DNA of 60,741 nucleotides, counting the filler, from Dugesia japonica (lineage: Eukaryota): the NCBI GenBank assembly GCA_001938525.1. It is 4 parts of 4 records of this genome, joined end to end, with 100 filler letters (N's around TTAATTAATTAA, not from the genome) between each part and the next. Parts side by side here need not be neighbours in the genome. Positions count along the whole stretch, not along the records: positions 26,787 to 39,278 come from MQRL01634060.1; positions 39,379 to 47,591 come from MQRL01581168.1; positions 47,692 to 60,741 come from MQRL01544174.1; 1 more part is not named here. One strand, 5' to 3'. The stretch's first letter is position 1. Each line of letters begins with the position of its first letter. Under the pieces are notes generated by a model. The model ran no database searches. It had not been told where the DNA came from and was given only the letters and a program-made list of their open reading frames with translations. Both the position numbers and the translations under genes were made by a program. Below are positions 36,657 to 50,593 of this stretch, piece by piece.

Positions 36657-37300
36657 AAATTGAAGTTTGGAAAAACTAAATTGAAGTTAAAACCATGTAA
36701 ACAAAATGTTAATAGGTACAAAGGTGTTATNNNNNNNNNNNNNNNNNNNNNNNNNNNNNNNNNNNNNNNNNNNNNNNNNNNNNNNNNNNNNNNNNNNNNN
36801 NNNTTAAAGAGAATTTAAATAATCCAATCTACCATATCTAAGTCTAGAAACAAAATGTTACTATTGTAAAGAAAATAAATTTAGTATTTTGCCATGATCA
36901 TTGTTCATGTAATTTTCAAGAATAGTCATGTAACAACTGCAATCTTAAATCAAANNNNNNNNNNNNNNNNNNNNNNNNNNNNNNNNNNNNNNNNNNNNNN
37001 NNNNAAATTGAAGTTTGGAAAAACTAAATTGAAGTTAAAACCATGTAAACAAAATGTTAATAGGTACAAAGGTGTTATATTATTGGATGAATAGTACGAA
37101 TCGCTTTGTGGATAAATTCATAAAGCTAGAAAAAATGATTCAAAAACTATTTAAAGAGAATTTAAATAATCCAATCTACCATATCTAAGTCTAGAAACAA
37201 AATGTTACTATTGTAAAGAAAATAAATTTAGTATTTTGCCATGATCATTGTTCATGTAATTTTCAAGAATAGTCATGTAACAACTGCAATCTTAAATCAA
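36657..37300. repeat. Identical duplication of about 300 bp across assembly gaps
   Basis: Visible parts of 36657-36953 match 37005-37300 exactly; probably an assembly overlap. Confidence 0.8.
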
Positions 37301-37696
37301 ATAGATTTAATACTTTGTACATCCGTTTCATTTACATAACTTTTAGAAAAATTAAAGTTACGAGAATAAATGAAGAATATATCTCTATACAGATAGAATG
37401 CATCAGTATACTATATAACTACATTCACTCTGATAGCATTAGGAAAAATTTTTAAATACATTTTAAAAAATCCATTGACAACAGGTTAAGAAACCCTAGT
37501 TTGCCCAAATAAAAAATTGGATTAACCTTTTTGCAAAACAACGACAATTAATCTAATATTGGTGGATTTAACAGTATACATAAATATTTCTTAGTGATAT
37601 ATCTTGTCGACTGTATAATTTTTTTTCTAAATATTTTGAACTCGTAGAAAATAAAAAACGTATATACTGCAGGTCTAACATTTTATATTTTTAAAT

Positions 37697-38033
37697 AAAT
37701 GATTCATTAAAACAAACTATTTATGAAGTTTAAATGATTATATAATTTCAATTATGCAACCTCAATAAATAATCAATAAAATAATTTTAAGAGCAGTAAT
37801 GAATCCGTCAACTGAGCATTAATTTTAGGATTTAATGCTCTTATCAACAAAGCCTCACACATCACTCTCTCCAATGATTATTATATTCACTGCACAGGAT
37901 TTTAAAAATCAGAAAACCCTATTGAATTTATATATTTTCTTTGATGCTCAACAATATTACTATTTCTACTATTTTTCCTATGCTCTTGAACTCTTGTGCA
38001 GATATGACGGTAAGTATCTTCAATGTATGTTTC
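37697..38033 (-). mobile_element. Penelope-like 3' fragment (inverted copy)
   Basis: Reverse complement of about 31003-31337. Confidence 0.9.
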
Positions 38034-38087
38034 ATGGGTATTCTAAATTGCTTATGGATAAGTTAATTTATCGAAGAAAATGTATTT

Positions 38088-38360
38088 TCTGGGTTTTCTG
38101 ATTGGAAAATATTGTGCAGTGTATTTAATCATTATAAGAGCATTAAATCCTAAAATTAATGTTCAGTTGACGGATTCATTACTGCTCTTAAAATTATTTT
38201 ATTGATGATTTATTGAGATTGTATAATTACAATTATGAAATCATGTAAACTTTATAAATACTTTGTTTTTATATTCTTTAATTGTCTGATTATGACGGTT
38301 ATTCCGTTGAAATTGATTGCAACAAATAAATATTTTTAAAAATGACGTTCTTTTATTGTT
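38088..38360 (+). mobile_element. Penelope-like 3' fragment
   Basis: Homologous to about 31113-31415 with an internal deletion. Confidence 0.9.
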
Positions 38361-39322
38361 AAATAACAATCTCAAGATTTGAAAAAGCTATTTCAAAATC
38401 ACTTTCTATTTATTATATATTAACTAAGTTAAAACTATTTTAACCAATTTTTTATATATAAGCAGAGAAATGTCAAAAAGATTTAAATTCTTAAAGGGGG
38501 AGATGTGAAGATTAATTGAAAGTAAGAATTTTTATATTTTGTTTAATCGCGTTAGAAAATTTCTTTGTAATTGAAAAATTTTGAGTGTTCTACTGTGAAA
38601 TCATTAACGTCAAATTTAGGATTCAATTTCTTTTTGGGAATTTTTAATTGGCTCATGGTCAAATTTCGTATTAATTGGGAAATTATTGTAATTTTTATTA
38701 TTAAATAATTTTCATAATTCTAAAGTATTAAATGGAAATTTTAAAGTAATTACATTTTATATAGTAATATTTTTTGTATTTGTAGTTTAATTGTTTTAAA
38801 TTTTAATCTTGGATATTTATTTGCTTATTTGTAGTTACTTAAATAGAATTTCAGGAAATTCATATGCACCAAAGTGAAGATAATTTTTATAGTATCTAAT
38901 TTAAATTTATATTTATGATTAAAGATTATTCTTTTCTAGAGATATTCGTGCGTCACACAAATAATGTTATATACTTAATGTGAAAGCTTCGTTCAAGTAC
39001 GTTAGCACGTTGCAATATTAAATTACATGCAAGTATTATCAGTTTTGACATGTTTAAGAAAACGATAATTTAAAGATATTCTTGTATTTCAATCGAATTG
39101 AATATGCTACCGTTAATAATAAAAATTAATTAATTAGTTTCAAAAATTGTCGCATAAATCAGAAAAATTATTTTTTAATGTCAATTTAAATAAGATTGTT
39201 CCCTTTTTGAAGACCAAAGTCAGATGCATACACTGAAGTTTTCATACATTTCCTTAATTGGCAAAATGTACTTCTTAANNNNNNNNNNNNNNNNNNNNNN
39301 NNNNNNNNNNNNNNNNNNNNNN

Positions 39323-39334
39323 TTAATTAATTAA
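39323..39334. other. Artificial scaffold linker
   Basis: N-flanked TTAATTAATTAA. Confidence 0.9.
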
Positions 39335-40209
39335 NNNNNNNNNNNNNNNNNNNNNNNNNNNNNNNNNNNNNNNNNNNNTATCAAGGATATGTGGATAATA
39401 TAATTTTATAGCATGCATGGAATATGAATGAAAATATACCGAGGCATTTCCTTGTTTTATAATTAGTTTTTTATTGGTTGAATATAATTGGTCATATTGT
39501 GTTAAATAGAAATTTGTATATAACACAATAGATTTTTCATTTTAATCAGTTTATAATCTTTTTAAAATGATGATTGAAATCAAAAAAATGAAACTTTTTG
39601 CCACAACCATAGTTTTTATTAGGCTAATATTTTCGTTACATTATGTTTTCTTATTAAAAAAATAGAAAACTAATAAATAAACAAATAAAATTTATTGAAA
39701 ATGATAGATTTTCAAAAATCTCTCTGATTTTCCAAATAAGAGAGGCAACGTTTCTGTTCCATATTCAAAAGTGGTGGACAAGACATTATCTTTAGTTAAA
39801 ATTATTATCGGTTGCATTTTAAAATTAATGAAAATTTATTTAAAGCTTTTCTTTATTTACTAAATGACAATAAGCATTTAGTTTGTGTTTAATTATTTTA
39901 TTGGTTAATCTTGGTGTGAGTTGTGTGTTACTTCAGTGCTATATCTTATTTTGATTGTTTATTCTTTAAATATTATAATTACAAAAGTAGTGTAAAACAA
40001 GTGTAATAAAATTGTCAGTAATCAAAGTATTTCCATGATTGTTATTTATTGAATTTAATAAGACACATTGTCTCACATGAAATTTGTATGTTAAGCAATT
40101 CATTTTCTATATATACGATAAATAAATATGATAAAAAAATAATTCTAAAAAATGGAGAAGAGATATGCGATTATATGGTAAAGAATTTTAATTAGTAATG
40201 GTGCTTTAA

Positions 40210-40690
40210 TTTACTTTTTTCAATAAAATTAAATATGGACTGATGCGCCACTATCTATCAACTCTAACGTCTTTCTTTTTTCATCATGAAGGAAGCAATT
40301 TTTGATTATCATTTTTGGTCTAATGTATAGACAGTTTTTAAAATTGAAAGCTTATCTTTAGAGTCGAAATTCTTAAAATGTCAAATATCTTAAAATCAAG
40401 CATTTTTTTCAGAAGACAATGGATAAATGAAATGAAGAAAATTTAATTCTCTACCTTTTGCGTATAGAATTTCTGTTACCATATTTTAAAATGGTGGTTA
40501 AAGATCGTTTTCAAAACTTCAAAGACCTATTTGTGTGCTTACTCACAAGCCTAAAATTTGGAGACGTCAGAAGTTCTTAGAATTAAATTCAACATGTTTA
40601 AAGGTGGATTCGTTACCACCTTTACTTCGACAGCTAGGGGGAGGAGGGTGTGCTGAAGAACCACAACTTTTATCTTCAAAAATATACCTT
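40210..40690. repeat. Copy of the dispersed repeat at 26215-26686
   Basis: Colinear shared blocks. Confidence 0.85.
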
Positions 40691-41949
40691 TTTAGATAGT
40701 ATTAATTTTTTTTGAATTTACGAAGAATTAAAAATTAAAATTTGAAATAACCACTCACTGTGACGTACCACAAAGTTTTTAACGCAATAATTAGGTTCTT
40801 CATTACATTAAAAATCTAACGATACAAAATTGTATTTAGTTAAAACAAAAAATTATTACAAAAATAAATTTTTAAATTTAAACTAAAAATAAAATAGTCA
40901 GGGGTTGGGCAGGTGCACCACTATTAACCTACTTATTTACTATTTCTTTTTTGCTATGATGAGCAATTGAATTTCACAAGATGGAGTTTTAAAAAATATT
41001 CAATCTTCACTTTTACCAAAGAAACCTGATAAAAAGAGAACTACGCGTATTAATACGTCGATAATAACAAAACCATTTTCAGGCTGAAGACCCAATTGCT
41101 GGCAATCTAAGATCAGATGTTTCCAGAATATCAGCTAGTAGGAGTTCAAAATCTGCGAGAAGATTGTGAGTGTCCCTTAGATGATCTAATGATGACACCT
41201 CTTCTAAAGCAAATAATTTTTAAATGAATTAACGGAAAACACGTAAGCAATAAAATTCGAGGCAGTGGACTCCTTTTTACACTGAAAATACGTAAAGTTA
41301 TCTCTGACCAAACTTTAGCTAGGCTGAGTTGATGAGGTTCACGTTATAAAAACTAACAAAGCCTAGTGGTGCTTAACTTTCAAGATCGGGTGTATCTAGT
41401 CTTGTATGACAAATGAGAATGTTTAAGTTTTCATTGTTAAAGTACCTGTACATGAAAAAACTGAGTTATATTTGTAATGGGTTAGATACTACGTTCTCTA
41501 TGTTTTTGTATCTTTTTCTGACACACATTTTTGTCCTTAAATGGTCCTANNNNNNNNNNNNNNNNNNNNNNNNNNNNNNNNAATGTTAAATAAAAATAAA
41601 TAGAATGGTTTTAAAAAATAATCCCGATTTACTTTTTCTATGTATGGAAATTTTCCTTATTATTAAATTTACGCTATTAGTTATATTATTATAATTCCAA
41701 CTTTATGCTTTATAAAGTTCTACATAATGAAATGTACTACTAATAGAAAATTCTCAGTAACATATATATTCTGTTTTAATTATTCTCTTTTATCTTTACA
41801 AAAACAATTATTTTTTGGCAACTCAAAAGTTAATAAAATATCACGGATATTCTATGGGAATTTTTAAAATTCTTCCTAAACATATTTAATTATTTTCTTT
41901 GCATTTGCTGGTTCATTAATAAGTTTACTTTACAAACAGATCATACAAA

Positions 41950-42963
41950 TTTATGGATGCTGGCAGAAGTGGCCACTCCACTCCATCTTTACATAATGAA
42001 AGTAGCATATGACTTTGTGTTTTTAAACGACGATAGAAATGACATAATCAGTGTGCAATGAATTTTTTATAAATTCTAAACAATCATACAAAATTTACAA
42101 TCCATTATACAAAAATTAAAATTCATTCGAAAAGTAACAAATTAAAATAATGCTGTAGAAAATTAATCATGTTTAATAAATAAAACAAAAATAAGTTTCT
42201 AAATAAAAAATTTTAAAATAATTGGAAAATATTTAAAAAAGGAGCACCAAATTTAAATTTTAAAATAATTGTTCCATCACGTTTCTCTAAAATATTTTTT
42301 TTCCAGAATTCTTCTTTTTGAAGTAACACGTTTCTCTGTAATCATTTTTACTAAATATTTTTATTCCCCAGAAAAAGAAAACACGAAATATTAAAGTTTT
42401 ATAATAAAAAATTTGATTTTTTAAAAAAATATACATTTAAATTGATTATATAGAAGCATCGTATATTTTTTTTCAGAATCGAAAGGTGATCTAGCCATAA
42501 CTTTATTGATATGTTTTTCGAAAATCAAATTTCATGCTTTAGATCTTTTTTGAAATGATAACGTTCGACTTTAGGCAATTTAAAGGGTTTTCTAGCTGTA
42601 TGTAACGCTACATAACATTATTTCTTCTGGCATGATCAATATCTGATATTCTAATGTCCACCAGCACTTTTAAATTTGTATTCATTGATCATAGGAATCT
42701 TAAAATTATGTTTACTGATTAATAATATAAAAACAAAATATTTTGAAAATTTTAATATTTCATTTTCAGTTTCTGGACAATAAAGATTTTTGGGGGAAAA
42801 TACTTCAGGAGAAAAAAGATTCTGGGGAAATTTGAGGACACCATTGGATTAAAACTAAAAATTCATTGCACATTCATTATGGTATTTTCATTATCGCCTA
42901 AAAACACAAATTCATATGTCTCTTTTATTAAATGAAGGGGGTGGCCACATCTACTCATAAAGA
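41950..42963. mobile_element. MITE-like element with degenerate TIRs of about 120 bp
   Basis: GTGGCCAC...CATATGACTTTGTGTTTTTA...GTGCAATGAATTTTT is inverted against AAAAATTCATTGCAC...TAAAAACACAAATTCATATG...GTGGCCAC. Confidence 0.75.
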
Positions 42964-44880
42964 TCAATGGCCAAATAATTTCAAAATTGAAAAACTTTTT
43001 TAATTTTAATTTCTATTAACATAAATTTTCAATATTCATTAAATTTACACGTATTAACACATTCATAAAATAAATCATTTATTATTATTTTTTTTTAAAA
43101 AATCAATAAATTTTTTTAAAAAACAGAATAAAAAATGTAGTTAAATAAACATATAATAAATTGATAAATAAACCGTTCACAAAGATTTTCTTCACTAATT
43201 TTATTATTTTTACACTTCAAAATTAAATTGAATAAAATTCTGTAAATATTTTTTAAAATTGAAATATTTAAAAAAGAAATAATAAAATAAAAGCATTATT
43301 ATAATAAAATTTTGCAAATTTATTTCAAAATAGATTTCAAATGATAAATCTAACTTCTAAAATCCAAAGAAGTTTGCATGACAACATTTCCTTAATTACT
43401 ATCAATGCAAATAAATCGCAAAAATGAAAAAAAAAACAGAATCTGAAATTTTTTTTTGACTTTAATGTAATTAAATCGATAAAATTCATTTTCTTTTGAT
43501 CAAAAATTGAAAAACCGAATTCACAAATTAAAAATTTTAAATCAATAACTACTTAAATAAGTAACGAATCAATATTTTCATTAATTAAATGCTACATTTA
43601 ATATTCATTTTAACAGAGTGAATTATTTGAATTTTAAATTAAAAAAAAATTAGAATGTTTTCGATGGAAATTTAATACTGTTTAAAAAAAATAAATATCA
43701 AACTAAATATATTTTTAGAAATTATTTCAAAAATTTTTTTTTATGGTAATATTTAATAAAATAATTTAAATAGATGAATTTACAAAATATTAAAAAATTA
43801 GTTTTGTATTTATAATAATGTTTATTAACTATTGGTATTTTTAATAAAAATATTTAATAAAAAATTTTAATTTTAAATTTTTAACTTTTTGTATTTTTTT
43901 TATTTTATTAATTGATAATTTGGATTTTTTTATTAGAGGTTTAAATTTTTTTTATTATAATCTTGAATTATATAAACTTATTTTAATCGACAACTTTAAG
44001 GAATTTTAATGAATTTTTATTATAGACATCTGATATACAATCTAATTTCTTAAATCTTTGTTTAAATAACACAGACTTTTCGGCTCCGGACAAATTATTT
44101 TTCAATTTTCCCAGCTCCAAGTTACGACTCAAATTTTTTGGCCCCGGCTCTAAAAATAAATTATTATTATTATACAAATATTAGACAAAGTTTAAAACAA
44201 TTTTCAATAAATATTATCTTTTACTTTAAACTCAAACAATCTCAAACCTCAAAGTGGAGGTATTGATATACGTAATGGTACAGATTTGGGTTTATTTTTA
44301 TTCATTATTAATTTTTTTTGGAAGAGAGAGTTTAAAGGTTTGTATGCAGTATTTATTGATGAAATAAACCTTTATAGGGTTGAAAATATTTTTAGTGAAA
44401 ATATGATGGTTAGATTGGTTATTAAAATGGTGGATTAGATTTTTCTGGGTTAGGGTTAGTTTGTATAAATTTTTGAAAAATCCTATGTAGAGTGGCGAGT
44501 TTTTGTTAAATTATATATCCTTTGTGTGGATTTAATTTATTGAATGTTTGGATAGTTTTCTTATTTTCTCTGTTCTGGGTAGTCTAAAAATCTCAGGCAC
44601 GTGCTGATGTGTGGCATACATGTTGCAATATTAAATATTTTCTTATCCAGGGCAATCTGAAATAAATAGGACAGTTTAAAATGCTCTGAGCAGTCTAAAA
44701 ATTCCCAAGAACGTGACTTTAGGATGCATGAATGTTGCAGCTGTATTGCTGGCGTGTTGCATCCCAATTGCAATTATATTTACTACTTAAAAAAAGAAAA
44801 ACTATTTACAATAATACACATTTATTGTTATAACATTTCAATTTTTCTTCTTACTTTTTGGTTTTTGTGTTCCTCTAGAT

Positions 44881-45190
44881 CAACGTTTTTAAAAGTGTGG
44901 GTCGCGACTTGGCACCTGGTAGTAGAAACATTTTGCCGGGTCGCAACAAGAAAATATAAAAAATAAAAAAAATTTTCCACCATTACTTTCTAATTTGAAA
45001 TTCAAACAACATCATCCTTCACATTAAGGACAAAATATGTAGAAACAAAGTTTACTTCATTTACTAAAGTTTTAAGAATATATAATTGTTAATTTTTTAA
45101 TTACTTATATGCTTTTATTTTCATAAGGTGGGTCCAAAATATTTTAAAACCTCGTCCTTGGCCGCGGTCAAAAAAGTTTAGTAAACGCTG
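44881..45190 (+). mobile_element. hAT Buster/Charlie-derived MITE
   Basis: Perfect 8-bp TSD CTCTAGAT; termini CAACGTTT / AAACGCTG; internal CAACATCATCCTTCACATTAA (QHHPSH*). Confidence 0.92.
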
Positions 45191-45999
45191 CTCTAGATGA
45201 TTTTTTATTGGTTCTACGTATTTTTCTGTCAAACCAATAATAATTTATGCACACATTCTCAAGTATATAGAGAGAAATTGTATGTAATATTTCACTATTT
45301 TAAAATGCAAACTTTAAAAAGTACGTCTTTCAGACAATATTAAATATACATCAGTATTATTAAATATACATTAAAAGTTCAAAGAATAATCAAGTTTTGT
45401 GAATATAAAAACTTTTTTCTCTATGTTATCTGATGTTGATGTTATTAAATAAATTTCATTCAACAAAATCTTCTTTTTCTTAATTACTTTTATTATTTGA
45501 TTCATTTTCTTAACATGAAATTTATTATTAATAGTACTTTGCTTAATGGATGGAGTTAATTTAAGTTCACTAACAGTGTAATTAAAATCAATATTTTCAA
45601 TCATTTGTTCTATTACCGAATCTAAATTCATAGCAATAGAAAATCAAATTTAATTTTGTTAAGATTAAAGTTTTTTAACATGTTCATGACATGTATAATT
45701 AATGCTCATGTATATGACATGTTAATAATAATAACACCAACAACAATAAAAATCGTTTTTTAAAAAATATCACATTTAAAATTTCTGGTCCTAAAGAGGA
45801 CCGGTTTCATAATTCTCAATTGTTTTCTTATATACTCCTTTTTATTTCTGATGTTTCTTTTTTGAAATAAAAATAATTAAAAATTATTATTAAAATAATA
45901 TAAATACATACCTCTGATTGTATAGATGATATTCATGACGATGAATTGAATGATGGTTTTACAAGTAAAATATTATTTGATGCTTTAGTGTCCATAAAG

Positions 46000-46560
46000 T
46001 ACATTTCTGTTTTTATATAACCCGTAACTCTTTTCATCGCTGTTACTTAATCTTATTTTTTGAGTTTTTATACTAAACAGTTGATGATTTTTCGATAAAA
46101 TTCTGATTTGATAGACTAAAACCTTTTCATCATTATCATAGCAGTCAACATATGTCTGATGGTAGATGTTGCTATTGTTTAAGTGTTACGCCTTTTTGTC
46201 TAATGTTTCTTTCTCGCTAAGCAGGCTGTAACACTTTGGTTGTAAGAATATCCATTCTAGATACTTTCCTCCTTATTCTCNTCTTTGAAATTTTTAATGA
46301 TGGAATTCGCTGATTACTAAAGAGGGATTTTTTTTTACTATAATTAGACGTACCTATTAATTCATCTTTCTTCATTATTCTGGTAAGTGTTTCTAGACTT
46401 ATATCTCCTATTTCTAGAAAACAGTTATCAGTATCACCAGCTACAATATTAATTTTACAGTTTTTTTCTGTACTCCTGGAGTTCAATGTGCTGTAAATAT
46501 ACTTATAATTATACTCTTGTATTTGTGAAAATAGGAAATTATAGAATCTTGGGATGTAAG
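46000..46560 (-). pseudogene. Polinton protein-primed family B DNA polymerase, C-terminal fragment
   Basis: IVAGDTDNCFL (YxDTDS-like), GTSNY...LFSN, then EWIFLQPKCYSLL. Confidence 0.75.
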
Positions 46561-47635
46561 AAATCAATAGAACCAAAAAAATTAACATTAGAATATCAAG
46601 AAAATTCAATTACAATCTCTTACAACAGTTATCTATGAGAATTATGATTAATTTAAATAAATTATCCAAAGTAATCAAGTTTTGCTATGAACCAGACATA
46701 TTTCTAGGATTAAGAATTTGAAAATATGTTAATTTATTTTCTAGTGAAAAGGTTACCAACTAGTATTAGATTCTCTGATTTTTGTATTTTGATCCAAAAT
46801 TTACTGGATAGTCTACATTCTTTGGAGTTTTTTCCTTTACTAATATCTTGATACTGATTCCTGTTCTACTTATTTTTGTCTTCCTTGCTTTATTTTTGGT
46901 GTTCTATCTCAATAACTATATAAATTTTTATTTATTACTGTAATAAAATAAAAAAAATAAAATTCATTTATCAAGAATTTTGTTTAAAATGTTTCTTCAA
47001 ACCTTTAATTTTATAAATTTTATTAAAATAAAGAAAAGGCTTCATTCAAAATAAATTGTATTTGTAAAAATGTTCAAATTTTCGACAATATTCTTCTTCA
47101 GGAACATGTTGATTTCTTGATATATTCAATGCAATAAATTTTTGTTACTATTAATAAAGATTTTATCGACATTTTATTGGTCTATTTTATTGTGTATTTT
47201 AATTTTTATTTTTAAATTAACTTTCTAAAAATTTTTAGTCAATATTAATTTTTATATGTTAGGAATTTTTAAATTTTTTTTACAGTTATTATATTATATT
47301 ATTTTTAAAATTTTTAAATTTCGTGTTGTTTTTGTAAATAAATTTTTTAAATTTTAAATTTTAAATTTTCTGAATTTCCCTATAATTATTATTCTACAGC
47401 AATATTATTTAAGTGGTTTATTTTAAATTGAAATTTATAAATCAGCTACATAAATCTGAATTTAAATAACCTTATCTTAAAAGGAAATATTTTCAAAACA
47501 TTATTTATTATTTCACTGTAATTTTTCGTAATGTTCTTTCAAATTTATGATTCCTTTGGGAATTTGGCCAGACATCATTTTAATTAATCTGNNNNNNNNN
47601 NNNNNNNNNNNNNNNNNNNNNNNNNNNNNNNNNNN

Positions 47636-47647
47636 TTAATTAATTAA
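47636..47647. other. Artificial scaffold linker
   Basis: N-flanked TTAATTAATTAA. Confidence 0.9.
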
Positions 47648-47691
47648 NNNNNNNNNNNNNNNNNNNNNNNNNNNNNNNNNNNNNNNNNNNN

Positions 47692-48185
47692 TGGAAGGCC
47701 ATCGGTCCTGATAAATGAAGCTTTGTTGCAAGGTATTCAACAAAGGCTAGACACCAACACTCGTATACTGGCTACTCAATTCGGGACGTTTCAATCAACC
47801 ATTGTTCGCACCTTCACGAACTTGATTTTGCAAATAAGAAACCCAGATTTGTTTGTCCTAAACTCTCTGATCAACAAGCACAAAGGAGAGAAAAAATTTG
47901 CAAGAAATTGTTAGAAAATTCTAAAGATGACAGGTTCTGGAGTAGAATCATAACTGGCAATGAAAAGTGGATATATCTCAGAAATCCTATTATCGAAAGG
48001 CAGTGACTTCAGCCAGGTCAAAATGCATCATCGGTAGCTAAAAAGGAAAGGTTCAAACACGATGTGATGTTATCCATATGGTGGAATTTTAAGGGTCCTG
48101 TATTATGGGAGCTAATTCTAGAAGGCAACTGTATGCTGAACAATTGGGACGACTTTATGATGTTCTGGCTACTCGTTATTCGTGA
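47692..48185 (+). pseudogene. Mariner (Mos1-like) transposase fragment
   Basis: GRPS...TRILA; RIITGNEKWIYLRN; VMLSIWWNFKG. Confidence 0.88.
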
Positions 48186-48649
48186 TTTATTAATTTATCG
48201 ATTTTGGATAATTATTAACATTAAAGGGTAATTTATTTAATTTATGTAAATATTTATATTTTATCCAAATCCAACAAAAACTCACACAACACCATTTTTG
48301 AACAACAACGTGAAAAATCATCACTGTAACCAAAAGTGAATTTTAGGCCATCACTGTAACCCTCAGGTGTATTTAAGCTCATAGTTACCTTTGGTTACCC
48401 ATAAACCAATTTTATTGACTAACTCAAATCCATCATTGAGCTCTGAAACTACTTAAAATTTGGCTGGTATTTTTGTGCTGTTTTTTTATAAGATTTTTTG
48501 GATCAAAAACGTTTTGATTGTGATCAGAAATTTTTTGTTTTAATTAATAGTGGAATTTTGTAGGTAATTCAAATTTTAATTTTTTTTAGGGTGGGGGGAA
48601 TTTCAAATTTTTTTATTAAAAAGTGTGCTGAGTTTTTTAAGTCTAAATA

Positions 48650-48820
48650 AATATGCTTAGGGCAGTCTAAATATGTATATGCTTAGGCCAGTCGCTTTAT
48701 TTTAAATGAGATTAGGCAGTTTCTTTATTTTGCATGGGATGGAACAGTCTCTTTATTTTAATTGGGATTTAGCAGTCTAAATACATATACACAGGGCAGT
48801 TAAAATATATATGCTCAAAG
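48650..48820. repeat. Degenerate tandem repeat of about 25-28 bp (GGCAGTC core)
   Basis: Six CAGTY-centred units with TTTATTTT or TAAATA tails. Confidence 0.7.
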
Positions 48821-48919
48821 GTATTTAATTATACGTATTTAAAGAATGAGACATTAATTAATTTTCAATAAGTTAATTAGTTTAAGTAAATTATTAATAA
48901 TTATTAATTGTTTCAGTTA

Positions 48920-49180
48920 CAGTCTTGTTTTCCTTCCATACCATGACATTACCTCCTCCGCCATACAACAGTCAAACAAAATGAATCCATTAGAGTCACA
49001 TAGCACACGATTGAATCCGTTCATAAATAAAGTTATCAATCAACTTGCGTAGTTTTAGCTAGGGTAAGCTCGATTTACAATATGTACATCTCTGGTAGCA
49101 GTGCTTCCGGACGTTCACATCAAGTCATATTTGAGCACCATTACAATTGTTTTAAAAAACAATCACTCATCATCGTCAAT
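48920..49180 (-). pseudogene. Possible Tc1 transposase fragment
   Basis: YGGGGNVMVW resembles the Tc1 HGGGSVMVW motif. Confidence 0.45.
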
Positions 49181-49599
49181 AATTGACTAGACTCAGATTC
49201 TCAAAATAGTAAGGAATTCTAAGGACACTGTTACTTAATAAATGCATGACATTTTTTATATTATCTAGCACATATTAGACATCTTTGATACATGTTTGAC
49301 CATATTAATGGAACCTATAAACATCATAGAACATATTACTATGGAACCTTTAATCATAATAGACCATATAAAAATAGAACTTTTTATTTGATTTACATAA
49401 ATTTAAATTAAATTAAAAAATAAAAATATAATTTAAATTAATCATATAAAAACAATCCACATTTAAAAGAAATAAACTCTTCAGAAGAAATAATAGACAA
49501 TTAAAGTCCGGTCCGTCTATTTTTTCTGACTGGACAAGCAGTTTAATTTACGGTCTGTCCGGTTCAAAACCGGATACTTGACATCCGTAAGTGTTGGTC

Positions 49600-50000
49600 T
49601 CAAAAGTGATTTTGAAACTAACATCGAAATTAGATTGAAGTTGAAGTCCTAGGCAGCTTTAGCGTTTGATACAATGGATGATATTAGGAACATTTTTGAT
49701 CAGCTGGAAACTACATTTCCTGATGAAAATTATTATAATAATGTACGGACCTACTTTTTCTAAACATACAATGAATTTTAAGAAGGCAGAGATACTCAGT
49801 TTCCAATCAGAGTTTGAAATCATCACGAGACAGCAGCAGAAGGGTCACCTAAGACTACAAACTGTTGCGAAGGCTTCCATAATGTGCTCAATTCTTTATT
49901 CTACTACAGTCATCTCGGCATTGGATATTTATTTGATGATCTTCAAAAAGACATTGCTTGCTACAGACTTAATCTAGCAAATCCACAAACAGGTTGTAAA
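49600..50000 (+). pseudogene. MULE transposase C-terminal fragment
   Basis: ALAF...FPIRV*NHHE...KTTNCCEGFHNVLNSL..SHLGI matches the MULE LAF...FP..WN...RTNN..EGWH..LN...HP.I pattern. Confidence 0.8.
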
Positions 50001-50475
50001 AAGACAGACATATCAATATCTGCAAGAGAAAGTTTCAAACTTTTTCTTGTAGTGTCAAATCTTCAAATTATTAACATTTTGATATTTAAGTATATTGTCA
50101 ATTGAGTGTGACAGTGATTTTTACATGTTGAATTTTAATAGTTATAATAGTAATGGTTAATTTGGGTTATGAGGGAAGCCTACTCCAGCATCATATTGGT
50201 GAATTAGGTATGAGAGGGTAGGTTTTTTAAATTCAATTAAAAAATAATTCCTTCTGTAGAAAATTCAATAATTTCTCAATTTAATCAATATCACTAAATT
50301 TCAACAAAATTTCAAATTACCAACGCAGCACTAAATTATTTCCAGGAATAAATTAATTTATTTCTATGATTAGTAATTATTTTATTATAATTTATTAATT
50401 AATATTATTATTATTTTTATTCCTATTTCTATTTTTAATAGAAAATTATTTCCAAGAGGAAAATATGTCTGCACT

Positions 50476-50593
50476 AAATTATACCAAAAAAATTCATTAT
50501 TAAAAATTATACCAAAAAATTCATTATTAAATTAATTATACCAAAAATATTTATTATTAAAAATTATACCAAAAAAATTCATTATTAAAAATT
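50476..50593. repeat. Tandem repeat, 4 units of about 28-30 bp
   Basis: AAATTATACCAAAAAAATTCATTATTAA units. Confidence 0.9.

Noticed and set aside
36657-37300. Perfect tandem duplication
   Set aside because: Identical and bounded by gaps; most likely an unmerged contig overlap
26731-47647. Three identical TTAATTAATTAA palindromes
   Set aside because: Each sits between N runs of equal length; this is a six-frame-stop assembly linker, not biology
50476-50593. CRISPR-like 28-bp repeats
   Set aside because: No unique spacers, no cas genes, eukaryotic context; simple minisatellite
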